A DNA stretch of 64,000 nt, taken from NCBI GenBank assembly GCA_025558095.1, contig JAIVFI010000002.1, positions 992,001-1,056,000 of the forward strand. Direction: 5' to 3'. Below the pieces are notes generated by a model that saw nothing but the letters and a program-made list of their open reading frames with translations, did not search any database and had not been told where the DNA came from. This DNA is from Hyaloraphidium curvatum SAG 235-1 (Eukaryota > Fungi > Monoblepharomycota). Made by a program: the position numbers and the translations under genes. Positions 43,410 through 55,865 of this stretch are shown one piece after another. Position 1 is the first letter of the stretch; the number at the start of each line of letters is the position of its first letter.

Positions 43410-44786
43410 CTATCGCACGCCCGTCTTGGGCTTGGGTGCCCTCTGCTTCACGTCCTCCTCCTTTGCTGCGTGTAGGAAGATGGCGTTCTTGTTCGTCTGC
43501 GGCGTGTTGTTCTCGTAGCCCTGAATGGCATGGAAATGAGCTCAGGTGTAACGCAATCCGACCGCTCAACGCACCTTCGACCAATCGTAGCCCATGGCGT
43601 AGGCAAAGATGGCACCGGTTCTCGAGAAGGACGACGCGACGATCGGTCCGCCCACGTTGTTGAACTGCTTCAGCCTCTGCTTCGAGTCCTTGTCCCAGAA
43701 GTTGAAGGTGCCGTCCGACCCGGCGGTGGAAAAGGTGCCGTAGGTGGGGTGGAACGAGATGGCGTTGACGGCGAAAACGTTGTTGCTCGCGTCCCGGTGG
43801 CACTTGAACGAGAAGTTGGCGGTCTGGTCCTTGTCGTCCACGTACTGGATGCCCACGCGGCCCTCGATGGAGCCGATCGCGTAGCCGTTGGCCTGGATGA
43901 AGCACGAGACGACGCGGGTCTGCCACTTGAGGGGAGATTCCGTCGTCTTTGGGCCGAAACGAGATTCTGTGAGTACAAACATAGCGCACACCTGTTCGTG
44001 CAGCTCACCTTGTAGATCTGCTGCGGCGTGTTGAGGTTGAAGACAAACACCTTCCTCTCCGAGGCGCCGACGACCATGAGTTGCTCTTTCGCGTCGATCG
44101 TGTAAACCCGTTCCGGCAGCGCCACCGTCGCAATGGGTTGCGGTTGCCTCAAGTCCCAGTACTGAAAGAGGATTAATCTTCTGGCGGACGGCCCCAGTGA
44201 GGCAGCACCCACCCGGACGGTCTTGTCCCAGCTCCCCGTCGCCAGGCACGTCGCCATGCCCCCCGCCCCGTCCACGAACCTGATGCTCTTTATCGGCGCG
44301 TCGTGCGCGTTGGGAATGTCCATCGTCTGCCCGCTGCCGATGTCCATGACCTTGAGCACCTTGTCGGCGCCCCCGGACGCGAGCTTCGTCCCGTCCTGCG
44401 CACCGCCCCCGTTTCAGCACCTCCGACGCGACCCGCGGGCACGAACAAAGCACCTTGGACCAATGGCACGCCAGCGCCGGCGCCTCGTGCTGTATCGCCG
44501 CCTTGGGAATCGACTGCCCCGTCGTCGGCTGCACCTCCCATATCCGCGTCTGTCCCCGCGTCAGTCCGCGCCCGCCGCAGATCGACGGCACGGCGAGCAC
44601 ACCTGGTTATCCCACGAGCTGGCCGCCAGGAACTCCCCCGCGGGGCTCCACGCGAGGTCGCTGACGGTGTCGGTCGGCGGCGAGACGATCTGCGACGCGT
44701 CGTCAGGCGCGCCAGGGAGGAACAGAGGGCGGGCGGACCTCCATGTCCTTCGGTTGCGGCGCGGTGGCGGTGGTAGAGAACGCCAT
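43410..44786 (-). CDS. RAE1: mRNA export factor Rae1/Gle2 (WD40)
   Basis: PPTDTVSDLAWSP, SSWDNQ, ATGSWDKT, ESPLKWQTR, GSIEGRV, FSFKCHR, HPTYGTFSTAGSDG, AYAMGYDWSK|G; about 6 introns. Confidence 0.95.
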
Positions 44787-44932
44787 CGCGGCGGCGAGGC
44801 CCCGCGGAGGGCGTGAAACGAGCCGGAAGTTTGAAGTTGTGAAACGGCAGCGCCGGCTCGACGAAACGTCCGCCGCAAGCTGCCCACTCATCTGCACGCT
44901 CTCGATCGATCACGGGTTTCAACGAATCTAGT

Positions 44933-46480
44933 CTACAGCTGACTCTTTGGAGACGCCTCCCCCGTCCACTCGCTGATCTTGTGCTCCTTCGGCCCGCCGA
45001 GCCCCTCGGGATCGACCTTTACCATCCCATCATCGGGCCCCATCCTCGCCGCGTCGACGTCCGCCGCGTACTCGGCCGCCCAACCCGGCCCGCCCTGGGC
45101 AAAGAATACGACGAGTACCGTGACGTCGTCGCGGTAGTTGCGCGCCGGACCGGGGGGGATCGAGAGGAGCTGCTCGGCGCGCCGGGCGCGCCGGGAGGCC
45201 GGCTGGCCCGCGCCGCCCGAGAATGCTTCGCGGATGAGGGTGGTGGCGGGGTTCGCCGAGGGGAAGGAGGGTGAGTCGATGAGGGAGGCGACGCAGGCGA
45301 CGGCCGCTGAGGAGGAGAGGAAGTCCCAGAGCCCGTCGGTGGCGAGGATGAGGAAGGAGGACGGTCCGGGTTTGTCGGTCGGCGTGTCCGGCGTGGGGAA
45401 GAAGAAAACGTCCGGATCCGCAGTCATGTCTGGAAAGGTCGTTTGCGAGTGAGCACGGTCCAAGACCGATTTGATGGCAAACTCACATGGCGGCGACTGG
45501 TATATCCGACTCGGAAACGGAATCGAACCCAGCTTCCGCTGTGCCTCGGGTTGCCACTTGAAATCGGCGTCGCCAAACGCACGGCTGGGCATGAGCACGC
45601 CCAGCACCCTCCCTCCGCTCCCCAGCACGGCCGGCGGCTCCCCCGGGTGCTCGTCCTGCAGTCTTTTCATTTCACCCTCGTCGCGCAACGTGTGGTCCTT
45701 GCTCATTTCCACCATTTCCCAGCCCGTGGCGGACCGCTTGCCCAGGACGGCGCGGCAGTCGCCCGCGCCGGCGACGAAAATGCCCCCCTGCGCCGGATCA
45801 AAGACCGCGCTGATGCAGCATGCACCCTGTTGCGCCAGCCCCTGCGGGATCTCGGCGTTTGGCGGCGCGGGAATGCCGCCGTTGACGATGTCTGCGTCCA
45901 AGCGCATGAAGGCGCGGGTAATGGCCTCTGCCCTTGCCTCCAAATCCGGTCCGACGCCGTCCTTTGCGTCACCCGATCCGGATTTCGTGTCCTCCTGCAC
46001 CTCGATCTTGCCGAGCTCCCGCGCCAGGTACGAGGGCAGATACCGCGTCACGACCAGGGCGACGTCCGGCCCCATGTGCCCGTCGGCGACGGTGAAGAAG
46101 GTCCGCGTGGAGCCCTTGCGCGGCTCGCACTGCACCGAGTACGCGTCCTCGATCGGGTCGTTCGCGGGCACGCTGTTTGCGTGGAACGCGGCGACGCCGT
46201 GGCGCGGGTCGCGCAGGCCCTGCGACACCTCGGCCTTCCGCAGCAGCTTCGCGACGGCCGGCGAGAGGCCGTCCTCGGCGCGGTGCTCCGCGCGCGGCGA
46301 CGGCGTCGACGAGAGCGCGCGCGCGGACGGCGACGTCGGCGACCGCGGCGCGCCGAGGTGCCGGCCGATCTGCGCCACGCGCCGGCGCGGCGTCGTCATC
46401 GCGGGGCGGGCAAAAGGAAGGCCGGCGGCAAGAGACGCGATTCCCGAGGGCCGGACCAGCAGCGGGACAGCCCGGCGCAT
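44933..46480 (-). CDS. PP2C phosphatase, mitochondrial pyruvate dehydrogenase phosphatase-like (Ptc5/PDP)
   Basis: Presequence, ANDPIED, VADGHMG, AGDCRAVLG, LMPSRAFGD, LILATDGLWD, YRDDVTV; in-frame intron near 45431-45487. Confidence 0.88.
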   Translation of the reverse strand: MRRAVPLLVRPSGIASLAAGLPFARPAMTTPRRRVAQIGRHLGAPRSPTSPSARALSSTPSPRAEHRAEDGLSPAVAKLLRKAEVSQGLRDPRHGVAAFHANSVPANDPIEDAYSVQCEPRKGSTRTFFTVADGHMGPDVALVVTRYLPSYLARELGKIEVQEDTKSGSGDAKDGVGPDLEARAEAITRAFMRLDADIVNGGIPAPPNAEIPQGLAQQGACCISAVFDPAQGGIFVAGAGDCRAVLGKRSATGWEMVEMSKDHTLRDEGEMKRLQDEHPGEPPAVLGSGGRVLGVLMPSRAFGDADFKWQPEAQRKLGSIPFPSRIYQSPPCEFAIKSVLDRAHSQTTFPDMTADPDVFFFPTPDTPTDKPGPSSFLILATDGLWDFLSSSAAVACVASLIDSPSFPSANPATTLIREAFSGGAGQPASRRARRAEQLLSIPPGPARNYRDDVTVLVVFFAQGGPGWAAEYAADVDAARMGPDDGMVKVDPEGLGGPKEHKISEWTGEASPKSQL

Positions 46481-46705
46481 GGGGGGCCGGGGAACGTTGG
46501 AGCTGGACACCTGCAAGGGGCGACCCGATCACAATGCTCCCTCTCGGATCAATACGTGCTCGCGGGCCTATCAGCAGCCGCCAAGCTACAAATATGCTGC
46601 TCAGGTCCAGACTGCAACGATCGCGGGGCGCAATCGCAACGACCGTGCGAGTCCAAGCCAGCAACGACCAGTCCTTCCGTGCCCAAGCCCCTGCCCGGCA
46701 ATCCG

Positions 46706-47523
46706 CTATCGCGAGTACGACGAGCCCGCCCGCGACATGTTCCAGGCCGCCGGCGACACGATCAGGCGGGGATAGTCCACCCGCGGGTTGGCCCCGACCC
46801 GGATCCCAAAGCCGATGTCGACGTGCGCCATCGTACGAAGCATCCTCGTGTAGCCGACCTGCGGGATCGGCGTCAGCCACGACCACGTAGAGGTCAGCTG
46901 CGAAGAAAGTTAACCCACGGGGTCGATCCTCGCCAGAACCTCCCAGATCGGCATCTCGACGGTGAATTGGTAGATGGCCTCGCCCTCCGCGTGGTCGCCA
47001 CGTCCCGCCACGTCATGCTCGACGTCCACTTGTGTCTGCGCCATCGGAGCCTTGCTGTCCGAGTAGATTTCGACGATCCTATTCGGATTGATGGCAACGT
47101 ACGAGCCTTGGGGCTGCGACCTGTGGACGTATGAGCTCTTCCGCTGATCCCGGAGTCGACGATACCGTCGCCCCAAGCCTCGGGGGACGCGTCTACCCAC
47201 CTGACCTTGGCCAGCGGGCCCAGCGTGACGAATGTGGGCAAGTACTCGTCCAGGAAGGATTGGAAGTCGTAGCCCTCGGGCAGATACAGCGCGAGCATCT
47301 TCTTGTGCGTCTGCTGGGCCATGACCACGCTCCGGTCCACCGCAATCACAGCCGAGACCACCGAAGGTGGGACGAAGTAGTAGCGCCGGCTTTGGGACTT
47401 GGCGGCCCAAAGGGGAATGAGCAGGCTCGGCGTGTATGGGGGCGGAGGGGCCGGGTACGCGCTCGAGGAGCTCGAACCGTTGTCGGCGTTGAAGCCCGAG
47501 ACCTGGGAGGCGGATTTCTCCAT
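46706..47523 (-). CDS. Hypothetical protein (3 exons)
   Basis: Host-like codon usage; GT-AG introns near 47144-47205 and 46858-46918 join the ORF pieces; stop TAG at 46708-46706. Confidence 0.6.
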
Positions 47524-47658
47524 GACGGTGGGTAGGATGAGGCGGAATGGCGGCGGATCGAAGCTTCGTAACGATCACTAGAGCGGCCCCGATCACGGAC
47601 GTCTCCATGCGACTCAAGCGACAGTCCGCCCCCGCGTAGCGTCAGCGGACGTTCGAGG

Positions 47659-49107
47659 ATGGCCGCGTTCAGCGAAGCCGAATGGGCGGCCATTTTGCCG
47701 CTGCGGACGGCCGAGGAGGACGGCGCCGGGGCGGTCAAGCTCGGCTCTCGCGCGTGGACGCTCTCCCCGACCCCGCCACTTCCTCCGGGCGGCGCCTCGG
47801 ACCTTTCTTCCTTTCCAGCGCTCGCACGCAACGCGCAGGTTGACGCCGCTTTCGTCACCCGGCCGGCGCAGCGGCTCTTGGCGGTCTGCCAGATCACCAT
47901 GTTGGGATGCATGGCTGCCCTGCTCGCGTTTGCATGGCTCGCAAACGCCGCCCTCGATTCCCCGCGCTACTCAACGACGGCGCTGGCGACGGGCTGTGCC
48001 GTCTTTATCTTCGACGCCATCGGCACCTTTGCCGTCTTCGTTGTATATGCCGCCATTGCGCGCCAGCCCCGCATTTGTTCCTACGCGTTGGAAGCCACCG
48101 CAGCATGGAGGCGTCTCGTCGATGAAGAGCCATCTTCGGCCTTGATCATCCATCGGGCAGGCGATCAGGCATGCCCTTGTCCGGCACCGAACTGTGCCGG
48201 GTTGTTCCCCGGGCTCGCTACACGTTTCTGGATCCCGGGCGTGCTGCTCTTCGTGGCGTGGGCAAACGTCGCCACCGTCTTGTTCTCCGTTTGGTCTCCA
48301 CTCGTAATTTTCGGCCCCCAAATGTGGGGCTCCCCATGGGCGATCGTAGCAGCGCTTTGTCTCCTGTCTGGCACTGTTGGTAACCTCCGCATGGTGCTCG
48401 CAACCCACCTGGGCTACCCTGCACTCGTCGCGCTCGCGAATCGGGTGCAGATCCGCGCTGTGGCAATATTGCTTTCTGATGACGTGGACCGGCTACGCCA
48501 GCGCGCCGTTGGAATCGCGGAGCGGAAGCCGGACCTTGCCGAAACCTTTCCCCAGCGCCCAACGGACGGCCATCTGGCCGCTGCTTCGTACATTCATTCA
48601 CGCCTCTCGGAACGCTGGACTTCCGCCGCCGCAGACGTCTCCCGCAGCCGGGTCGTTCTCTCGTTGCTTTTCGGCGTCTGGGTGGTTGATTGCATCGTCT
48701 ACGCCTCCGTGTCTGGATGCATTCCCGCCTGGCCCCTGGCCTCCGCGACCTGCGTGGTGATCACCCTCTTCCTGGACCTCGCCATGGTGGCGACCATCAA
48801 CTCGGGCCCCGAGCGGGCTTCCAAGCTCTACACCGACGCGGCGGTGGCGGCATCCGAATGGGCGCTGGCCGCGCGCCGGATGGGCGACACCGAGCTGGCC
48901 GCGGAGGCGTCGGATTTCGCCTCCGTCGCGCGCGGATACGCGGGGATCTCCGCAGCGCGGGCGCGCATGTTCGGGGTGCCGGTGGACTGGTCGCTGCTGG
49001 GGCGGCTCGTCGTCACGGGCATGACGGTCGTCATCGGGATGTGGACGCTGCTGCGCGGGGCCGGGGTCGTGTTCGTGTTGGATACGTTCTGCCCGCTCCA
49101 GGCGTGA
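47659..49107 (+). CDS. Multi-pass membrane protein with CPCxxxC motif, GRL/DUF3537-like C-terminus (paralog 1)
   Basis: 482-aa intronless ORF with about 7 hydrophobic segments; C-terminal ARMFGVPVDWSLL..TVVIGMWTLLRG-GV aligns by eye with 62125-63705. Confidence 0.7.
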   Translation: MAAFSEAEWAAILPLRTAEEDGAGAVKLGSRAWTLSPTPPLPPGGASDLSSFPALARNAQVDAAFVTRPAQRLLAVCQITMLGCMAALLAFAWLANAALDSPRYSTTALATGCAVFIFDAIGTFAVFVVYAAIARQPRICSYALEATAAWRRLVDEEPSSALIIHRAGDQACPCPAPNCAGLFPGLATRFWIPGVLLFVAWANVATVLFSVWSPLVIFGPQMWGSPWAIVAALCLLSGTVGNLRMVLATHLGYPALVALANRVQIRAVAILLSDDVDRLRQRAVGIAERKPDLAETFPQRPTDGHLAAASYIHSRLSERWTSAAADVSRSRVVLSLLFGVWVVDCIVYASVSGCIPAWPLASATCVVITLFLDLAMVATINSGPERASKLYTDAAVAASEWALAARRMGDTELAAEASDFASVARGYAGISAARARMFGVPVDWSLLGRLVVTGMTVVIGMWTLLRGAGVVFVLDTFCPLQA

Positions 49108-49392
49108 GGCGGCGGCACCTAGATATGCATTGGCTTCGATGTAGCTTCTCAACTGCATTTCAGAGACAAGGATAACTTGGCCTCTATATGTGCACGATAT
49201 TGGACTTTGCTCCTTTTTGCTGTGCTCAAACTGGACAACACTAGTGTCGCTCGAGGAAGCTGCTCGAGCTGCGTCAATTACTGTCGACTGGGTTCCCGGC
49301 GAGGAGAGTGTGAGAAGGTGATAGTCGTTTCGAAGCCAGCACGGGATGGGTGCTTACGGGTTCCGCCAAACAGGTTGAACTTCGAAGAGATC

Positions 49393-49908
49393 ATGGCAGC
49401 GGCAACTACCATTGCACATTTGCCCCGGATTAACGAGGTCAACGAGGTTGGGGGCTTCGATCAACCAGGCAACTGCAACTTTTGTGGATGTCTTCTTACT
49501 GAGCCTCTCGTGACGCTTTGTTGTCTGAACGCTGCAACCTGCCTCCCGTGTCATATCAGGTTCATCGACGGTCAAAGAGGAACTGACAAGAAGTGCCAGT
49601 ATTGCCGCCGTGTCATCACAATCAAAGCATCCGGCCCGGCAATCACGAGCTGCAACATCGTGTACATCATGGAGCCTTCGCTCGTGCCTAGTCTGGAGAA
49701 GCAGGCGCTCTCGCGGATCCATCGCCAGGGTCAGGAGCGGCCGACTTGGGAAGTTCAGGTCGTACAGGAGGGTTCTGTCGACGAGAATGTCCTGGCGTTC
49801 CGTGAGGAGCAAGGCGTGGATCTGCGGGCGAACCCGTCGCAAGCAAGGCGGACGGCAGGTGATTGGTGGAAGCTGCTCACGGGCCAATGGGGACCCGAGA
49901 ACGAGTAA
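49393..49908 (+). pseudogene. Rad5/SHPRH-like relic: RING finger joined to the SNF2 helicase C-terminal tail
   Basis: CNFC..PLVTLCC..TCLPC..CQYCR followed almost directly by TSCNIVYIMEP....EKQALSRIHRQGQ (motif VI) and GSVDE; no ATPase lobe seen. Confidence 0.65.
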
Positions 49909-50240
49909 AGGAATCGTTGGGGTGCACGATGCATATGTATGGATTATGGTACGAACGTCCGGGCCGGTAACCAACGGTTCTCGTTGATTGTTTGTCCACC
50001 CCAATTCGCCGCACGCCATCGGCCGGAGCCCGGCCATCGGGCGCCTCCGGGGTCCGCGTTCCAACGAGCCTATTCGGGGCTTGCGGGCGCTGGACGCGGT
50101 TGGGCGTTTGCGGGGCCAGGTGCCGCCGGGCCGGCCACCGAGTCCGTTCGGGCCGCGCACCCCGTCTCGGTGCCCAAACTCCATCCTGGGCCTCCCATTC
50201 CGGGCCAACACCTTTCTTCGGAGTTTGGACGTAGTCGAAA

Positions 50241-53200
50241 ATGACGCTTGGACTCGGCAGAAGGTGGGCGACACGATGCTCTCCATTCCTTGCGTCTGTT
50301 TACACTCGTACGCCGCCCATGGCTGCTTTCGTCCCTCAGCAGAATCTCCCCGGTCGTGCCGACCGATGAGGATGAGGAGAGCGTACCTTCGACGCCGACC
50401 GAGTCCCGCGGACGGTCGACAATGCGCGACTCTGCTCCCGAGAACGTGGAGCCAGGCTCGGCGGACTCGCTGCCCCTGCCGACCGTGCCCGAGGAAACTC
50501 TTCCTGCGTCGGACCCTGAGGCCGTTTCTAGTTTCCCTCCCGACCTCGGTCGAGCCCCATCTTCGTCTTCCCAAGTGCACCGCCGCCGGCCGCGTCGAAT
50601 CACGTCCTCCTCAACGACGGACGCCGACCGCGCGGCCACGCACCGTCTTTCGGTGTACGAAATGGGCAGCAGCGTCGTCGACGATACTCTTTTGCGGACG
50701 GGCATCGCCGCAAACATAGCCACGGGACTCAACCTGAACACTTCCGTGCCGGTGGTACCGATGCCAACAATCCGGCCGACGCGCACTGGTTCGTCGAGCT
50801 CCCTCGGCTCTCTGTCGGGGCGAAGGCAGCACTCAATGTCACCAGTTCGGGAAACGGAACGCGAGAGGGAGGCGGAGCGCGCCAGGGCCCGGGAAAAGGA
50901 GAAGCAGGGTTTCTTTGCCCGCATCATGGAGAAGACCTTCTACCGGACCAACAACACCGTGACGTCTCGATCCTCGGCCGGCTTCCCTGCTGCCGCACAA
51001 GGATTGAGCTACGGAACGTCCAGCAAGCAGAGTGCCGAGGTGCGCGAGGCCCTGGACAAGATTAAGAACCTGCCGGACGAAGATGTCGACGGGGAGCTGG
51101 AGAAGCACATGGTGAGCTGCTGTCTCTTTGACGCCAGGGTTCCTCTGAGATCCGAGCAACGAATCAGGACATGTGGAACATCCCCGAGCCCAGAAGGGAC
51201 GACATGCGCCGGCTCAAGCCAGAGGCAAAGAGGCAAATGCTCGAGATTGCGGCGGAGCAGGCTGCAAAGTCGCCGTTGGAGCGTGCTCCCGGCTACTTTC
51301 TCGACGGCCTCCGCGCAAACAAGCTGGACATACGCCTCGTCCAGGATCTAACGATTACGATGCGCACAAAGTCGGTCGAGTGGGTTGCTTCATTTCTCAA
51401 GGCAAACGGACTCGTCATTTTGGCGGAGAACCTCAACTACATCTTGCACGCGGCGCACGAAGAGCGGATTGATCACCGGACCTACGGTTTTCTGGAGGAA
51501 TCCTACGTCCGTTGCCTCAAGGGCCTAATGAACACGAGGGTGAGTTGCTGCGTGTTTGTCGTTAGCGGCGTTCGGCTCTGAACCCTTTCCACTAGCCCGG
51601 CCTGGCTGCAGCGTTCGACTACATCCCCCTGTACCCGACCATGGCCCTCGTTCTTTACTCCAAACGGACCAGCGGCACCCGCACTCATTGCATGGTCCTC
51701 GATCTCCTCGCGGCGATCGCAACCTTCCCTGGCGGCCTGGGCGTGGTCGTCGAGGCTATGCGTGCGGCATATCTTGCCGACCAGGAGCGCGAAATGGGGT
51801 TCGAGTGCTCTTCGGAGGACGACAGGCGTCGGTTCCAGGAACGGTACCGCCGCTTTGCCGACGGCATCGACAGCGCAGAGAGCGAGCAGAACCGCTTCCG
51901 GATCGTCACCAAGCTTCTCCGGCACAGCGTGCGGGAGATGCTCCTGCCGAATGGCGCTTTCGGCCGGGACGGATCCGCGAATAGCCGCTTCGCTCACGTC
52001 CGGGACCTCCAGACTTCTTGCCTCGGCTTCGTCAACTCGATCCTGGTCGGTTCGGAGCAGGCGAGGGAGAACATGGAGTACCGCATGCACCTGCGCGGAG
52101 ATTTTCTGCAGTTGGGCCTGGAAAGCATCATCGAAGCCATGATCCAGTGCGCTTCCGGCACGGGCGAAGCGCTCGCGGACACAGTCATCGGACAGATCGA
52201 CATGTTCATGCGCAACTTGGAGCAGGACGAAGCCGAGGTCTGGCGCAGGCTCAAGGTCCCCGAGGACGATGTGGCCGGCATCGACGACTCGGCGGGCGAA
52301 TCCGATGCCGAATCGGTCGCTAAAGAGGAGGAGGCTGTGCCGACTGGGAATGTTCCGCCGCCGCCTCCGCCGCCTCCCATCCCTGCCAGCTTGCAAACTG
52401 GTGCTTCCTTTCCTCCTCCCCCCCCTCCTCCGCCGCCGATCCCGCCGAGTTTGCAGCTTTTTGCCGGCGGAGCTCCGCCGCCGCCGCCTCCACCACCTCC
52501 ACCGCCTCTTCCTCCGTCGGTTCTGGCAGCAGCAGCCGGGGCGGCTTCGGCAAACGCAGGCAGCGAAACGAGCCCAATCAGCACAGTCTCGTCGGATGGC
52601 GACGACAGCGCGGTCCTGACCGCGGTCGCCACCGAGACGCCAGCTCTGGGCCCGAACGCGCTGACGATCCAGGTCTCGCGATCGGAAGGCTCCATTTCGC
52701 TGGTCTCCTCGGAGTCTGACTCGATTCCTCCGGCGAGCGCAACGAGGCGGGGCCATCTGGCTCTGCTGAACCCGGACGAGGTTTGGGAGGTCGTCCGCGC
52801 CGCGCTGCAGGACACCCCGGCATGGCGGCCGTTTGTGGACGTGCTCCGGCATGGCCTGCTTATGAGAGGCACCACCGCACTGCGAGCTCGGCAATGGAGA
52901 CTCGTGGACGTCTTTCTGCAGCATCTCATTTTCAGCGACGTTGTGGATCGGGAGGGCGGGAAGCCACCTTCGCCTGTCGGTCCCGGGGACCTGCCCAACA
53001 GCCCCCTCGTGATCAAGGGCGACGACTTGATCGCGGCGATCGACCGTATGGAGGCCGCAGAAAGTGCTGCTGGCGGCGAGGAGCGGGTGACCAAGCTCGC
53101 GGACAGGTGCCGAAAAGCCGAGCGCGATCGGGACGCTGCGGAGGCGCTGGCAGGACAGAAGGAGGCGGAGGTGACCAACTTAACGCTCGAGATGGAGCGC

Positions 53201-55739
53201 CTCAAGGTCGAGAATGCACGGCTGGAGAGGGCGCTTCGGGATGGAATTGGTGCAGAAGGCGACACCGACGCAATCCTGGAGAAGATCAGGGCGGACATTC
53301 CTCCGATCGACTACACCAAAATCGTCACCTCGGCATCGCTTCGACGGGAAAAGGACCCGGAAGACGAGCCTGCAGACGGACCAGCTTCTGCTGGCGCGCC
53401 TCCCCCGCCTCCTCCACCCCCGGTGATGGGAGGGCCCCCACCTCCACCGCCGCCTCCTCCAATGATGGGCGGTCCGCCTCCCCCTCCACCTCCGCCACCC
53501 GGCTTCGGCCCTCCGCCACCTCCACCGCCGCCACCTGGAATGGGACCTCCGGCTCCACCGCCGCCGCCTCCCGGACCTGGAGGGCCACCGCCCCCGCCGC
53601 CTCCGCCGGGCATGGGAGGCCCACCACCCCCGCCTGCACCTCCTGGAGCTCCCGGGGCACCTCCGGCACCAGCTCCTGGCTTCGTGCCGCTTCCGCCGCC
53701 AAAGAAAGCGGTGCTGTCTTCCAAGCCGCTTAAGGCTTTCAATTGGAGCAAGGTCGGGCCGGGTCAGGTCCGGGAGACGGTCTGGAAAAACATCGACGAC
53801 GCCGAGATCCACTCGCAGCTCGACAAGGAATGGAACGAGCAGTTCGAGGACCTGTTTTCGGCCAAGGAAAAGGTCCTTGCTCCCGCTCCTGCCGCCGAGG
53901 CAGGAGCTTCGTCGGCGGATGACGTTGCAGCCAAGAAGGTCACGAAGCAGATCATCTCGTTCCTTGACGCCAAGCGCGCGCAAAACATCAACATCACCCT
54001 GCGAGGCCTCAAGCTGACGGTCGAACAAATCAAGGAGGCGCTCTTGACAGGCAACGAAAGCATCCTGGACCGTGCTTCCCTGCAAGCGCTCATGCTCTAC
54101 ATTCCGACGGAGGAGGAGGTGGCTATGCTGCAGGAGTATGCCAACGACCGCGAGAACCTGGCGAGCGCGGAAAAGTTCCTGCTGCAGGTCTCCGAGATCG
54201 ACCAGTACGCATTGCGGCTCAAGGTCATGCACTTCAAGGTCGGCTACAAGGAGATGGTGGACGACCTGCAGCGAAGCCTGGATGCAATTATCGGAGCGAC
54301 GCGGGAGGTCAAGACGAGCGCCAAGTACAAGGAGCTGCTGAAGGTGAGGCTCTACATGGTTGAGCAAAAATCGGTTGCTAACACGCGGATGCAGGTCATC
54401 CTCGCGCTCGGCAACTACCTCAACTCCGGGCCTCGCGGTGGAGCGTACGGGTTCAAGTTGGCTTCGTTGACAAAGATCGCTGACACGCGGAGCACGGCGT
54501 CGGATCGGAGGTACACGCTGCTCAACTACCTGGTCGACTTTCTCGAGGACAAGTTCCCGGACCTGCTGGATTTCAAGGACGAGCTGCGCACCGTGCAGGA
54601 GGCTCTCAAGATCCCCCTCCCGATGCTCAGGCAGCTGCTCGCCGCAATCAAGGAGGGCGTCAAGGCTGTCAAGGGTTTCAATGACGCCGGCGCAAAGGGG
54701 AACGGAATCTTTTCAAAGGCGACGCCGCCCAAGAAGAAACCCATCGTTCTCGGAGGCAGCGCCCCCGTGGGAGAGGTCGTCGAAGGAGCGGCGCAGACGC
54801 CGGTTTCGGCAGGGGGCTCATCCATCGACTTCGGCGAGGACTTTGGTCGCGACGACAGGTTCAGCCAGATCATGCTGGTCTTCTACGCCAAGGTCGAGAA
54901 GAAGATCGACGAGTTCACTGCCGAGGTCGAGAAGGCCGAGTCGGACTACGCTGAGCTAGTAACTTGGTACGCCGAGGACTCCAAGACGACAACGGAAGAG
55001 TTCTTTGGCACGATCTGGCGCTTCGTACAGCAGTTTGACGTGGGTTGTGGGAGCGGTTTCAACGCCACCTTTCTGACTCCATTTTGGTAAACAGCAAGCA
55101 AAGGCAGAGAATCTGGCATACCTGCAGAAGAAGAAGGATGCGGAGCGCAAGGAAAAGGAGCGGCTGCTCATGGAACAGCGCAAGTTGGAGATGAAGTCGC
55201 GGACGATAAAGAAGGGCCCAGCGGGGCCCGGCATGGACACGCAGGACTGGAGCACAGCCGGCAACCGATTCAGCGGCATCGGCCCGGACATTTCGAGCCT
55301 GATTAAGTCGGCGGGCGGAGAGGGAGGCGCATTGGACGAGATCATCGGCTCGATCCGCGACGGCAAGGCTTTCTCGCCGGGCGGAGCCTCGAAAACATCG
55401 CGCGGTGCCAAGCAGAACCCTCCCATGACCCTGAGCTTTGAACCTTTAAAGAGCTCCAGCCCGGCATCTTTGGCTCAGCCGGAGCAGACATCCGCTTCGG
55501 ATCCGACGCTCGGCTTTCCTCGATCGCCATCGGGCTCGCTGAAGCTCCGAGACGCTCGTGCGATAAGGGACGCCCTGCGAAAGATGGCGGCGGGCTCGAA
55601 GACGCCCACTGGGGGTATGTCGACGGACAATTTGCTCGCGCATTCCAGCCCGAGCTCCTTGGTGAGCCCGGAGAACAATCGGACCCCGACCACGCCGCAG
55701 ACGGCGTTCTTGGCTTCTTCGCCGATGCATGCTCAATGA
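50241..55739 (+). CDS. Diaphanous-related formin (GBD/FH3 - FH1 - FH2 - DAD-like)
   Basis: LRT..V.WV..F, CLKGLMNT, YRMHLR..F..LG, polyproline FH1, LKAFNWSK, LDAKRAQNINI, LALGNYLN, AYGFKL.SL.K, ALDEII.SIR.G; several introns, the first at 50264-50342. Confidence 0.95.
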
Positions 55740-55865
55740 TGGTTCCCTCGTTCACGTGTGGCGATGAATGATTGATTGATGTAGTAGCTGATTGATGTAT
55801 GCTCGTGATCTAATGCACCTTCTATGTGCGTGGCTTTTTCGGCAACACATACAGTGTCCATCCGT

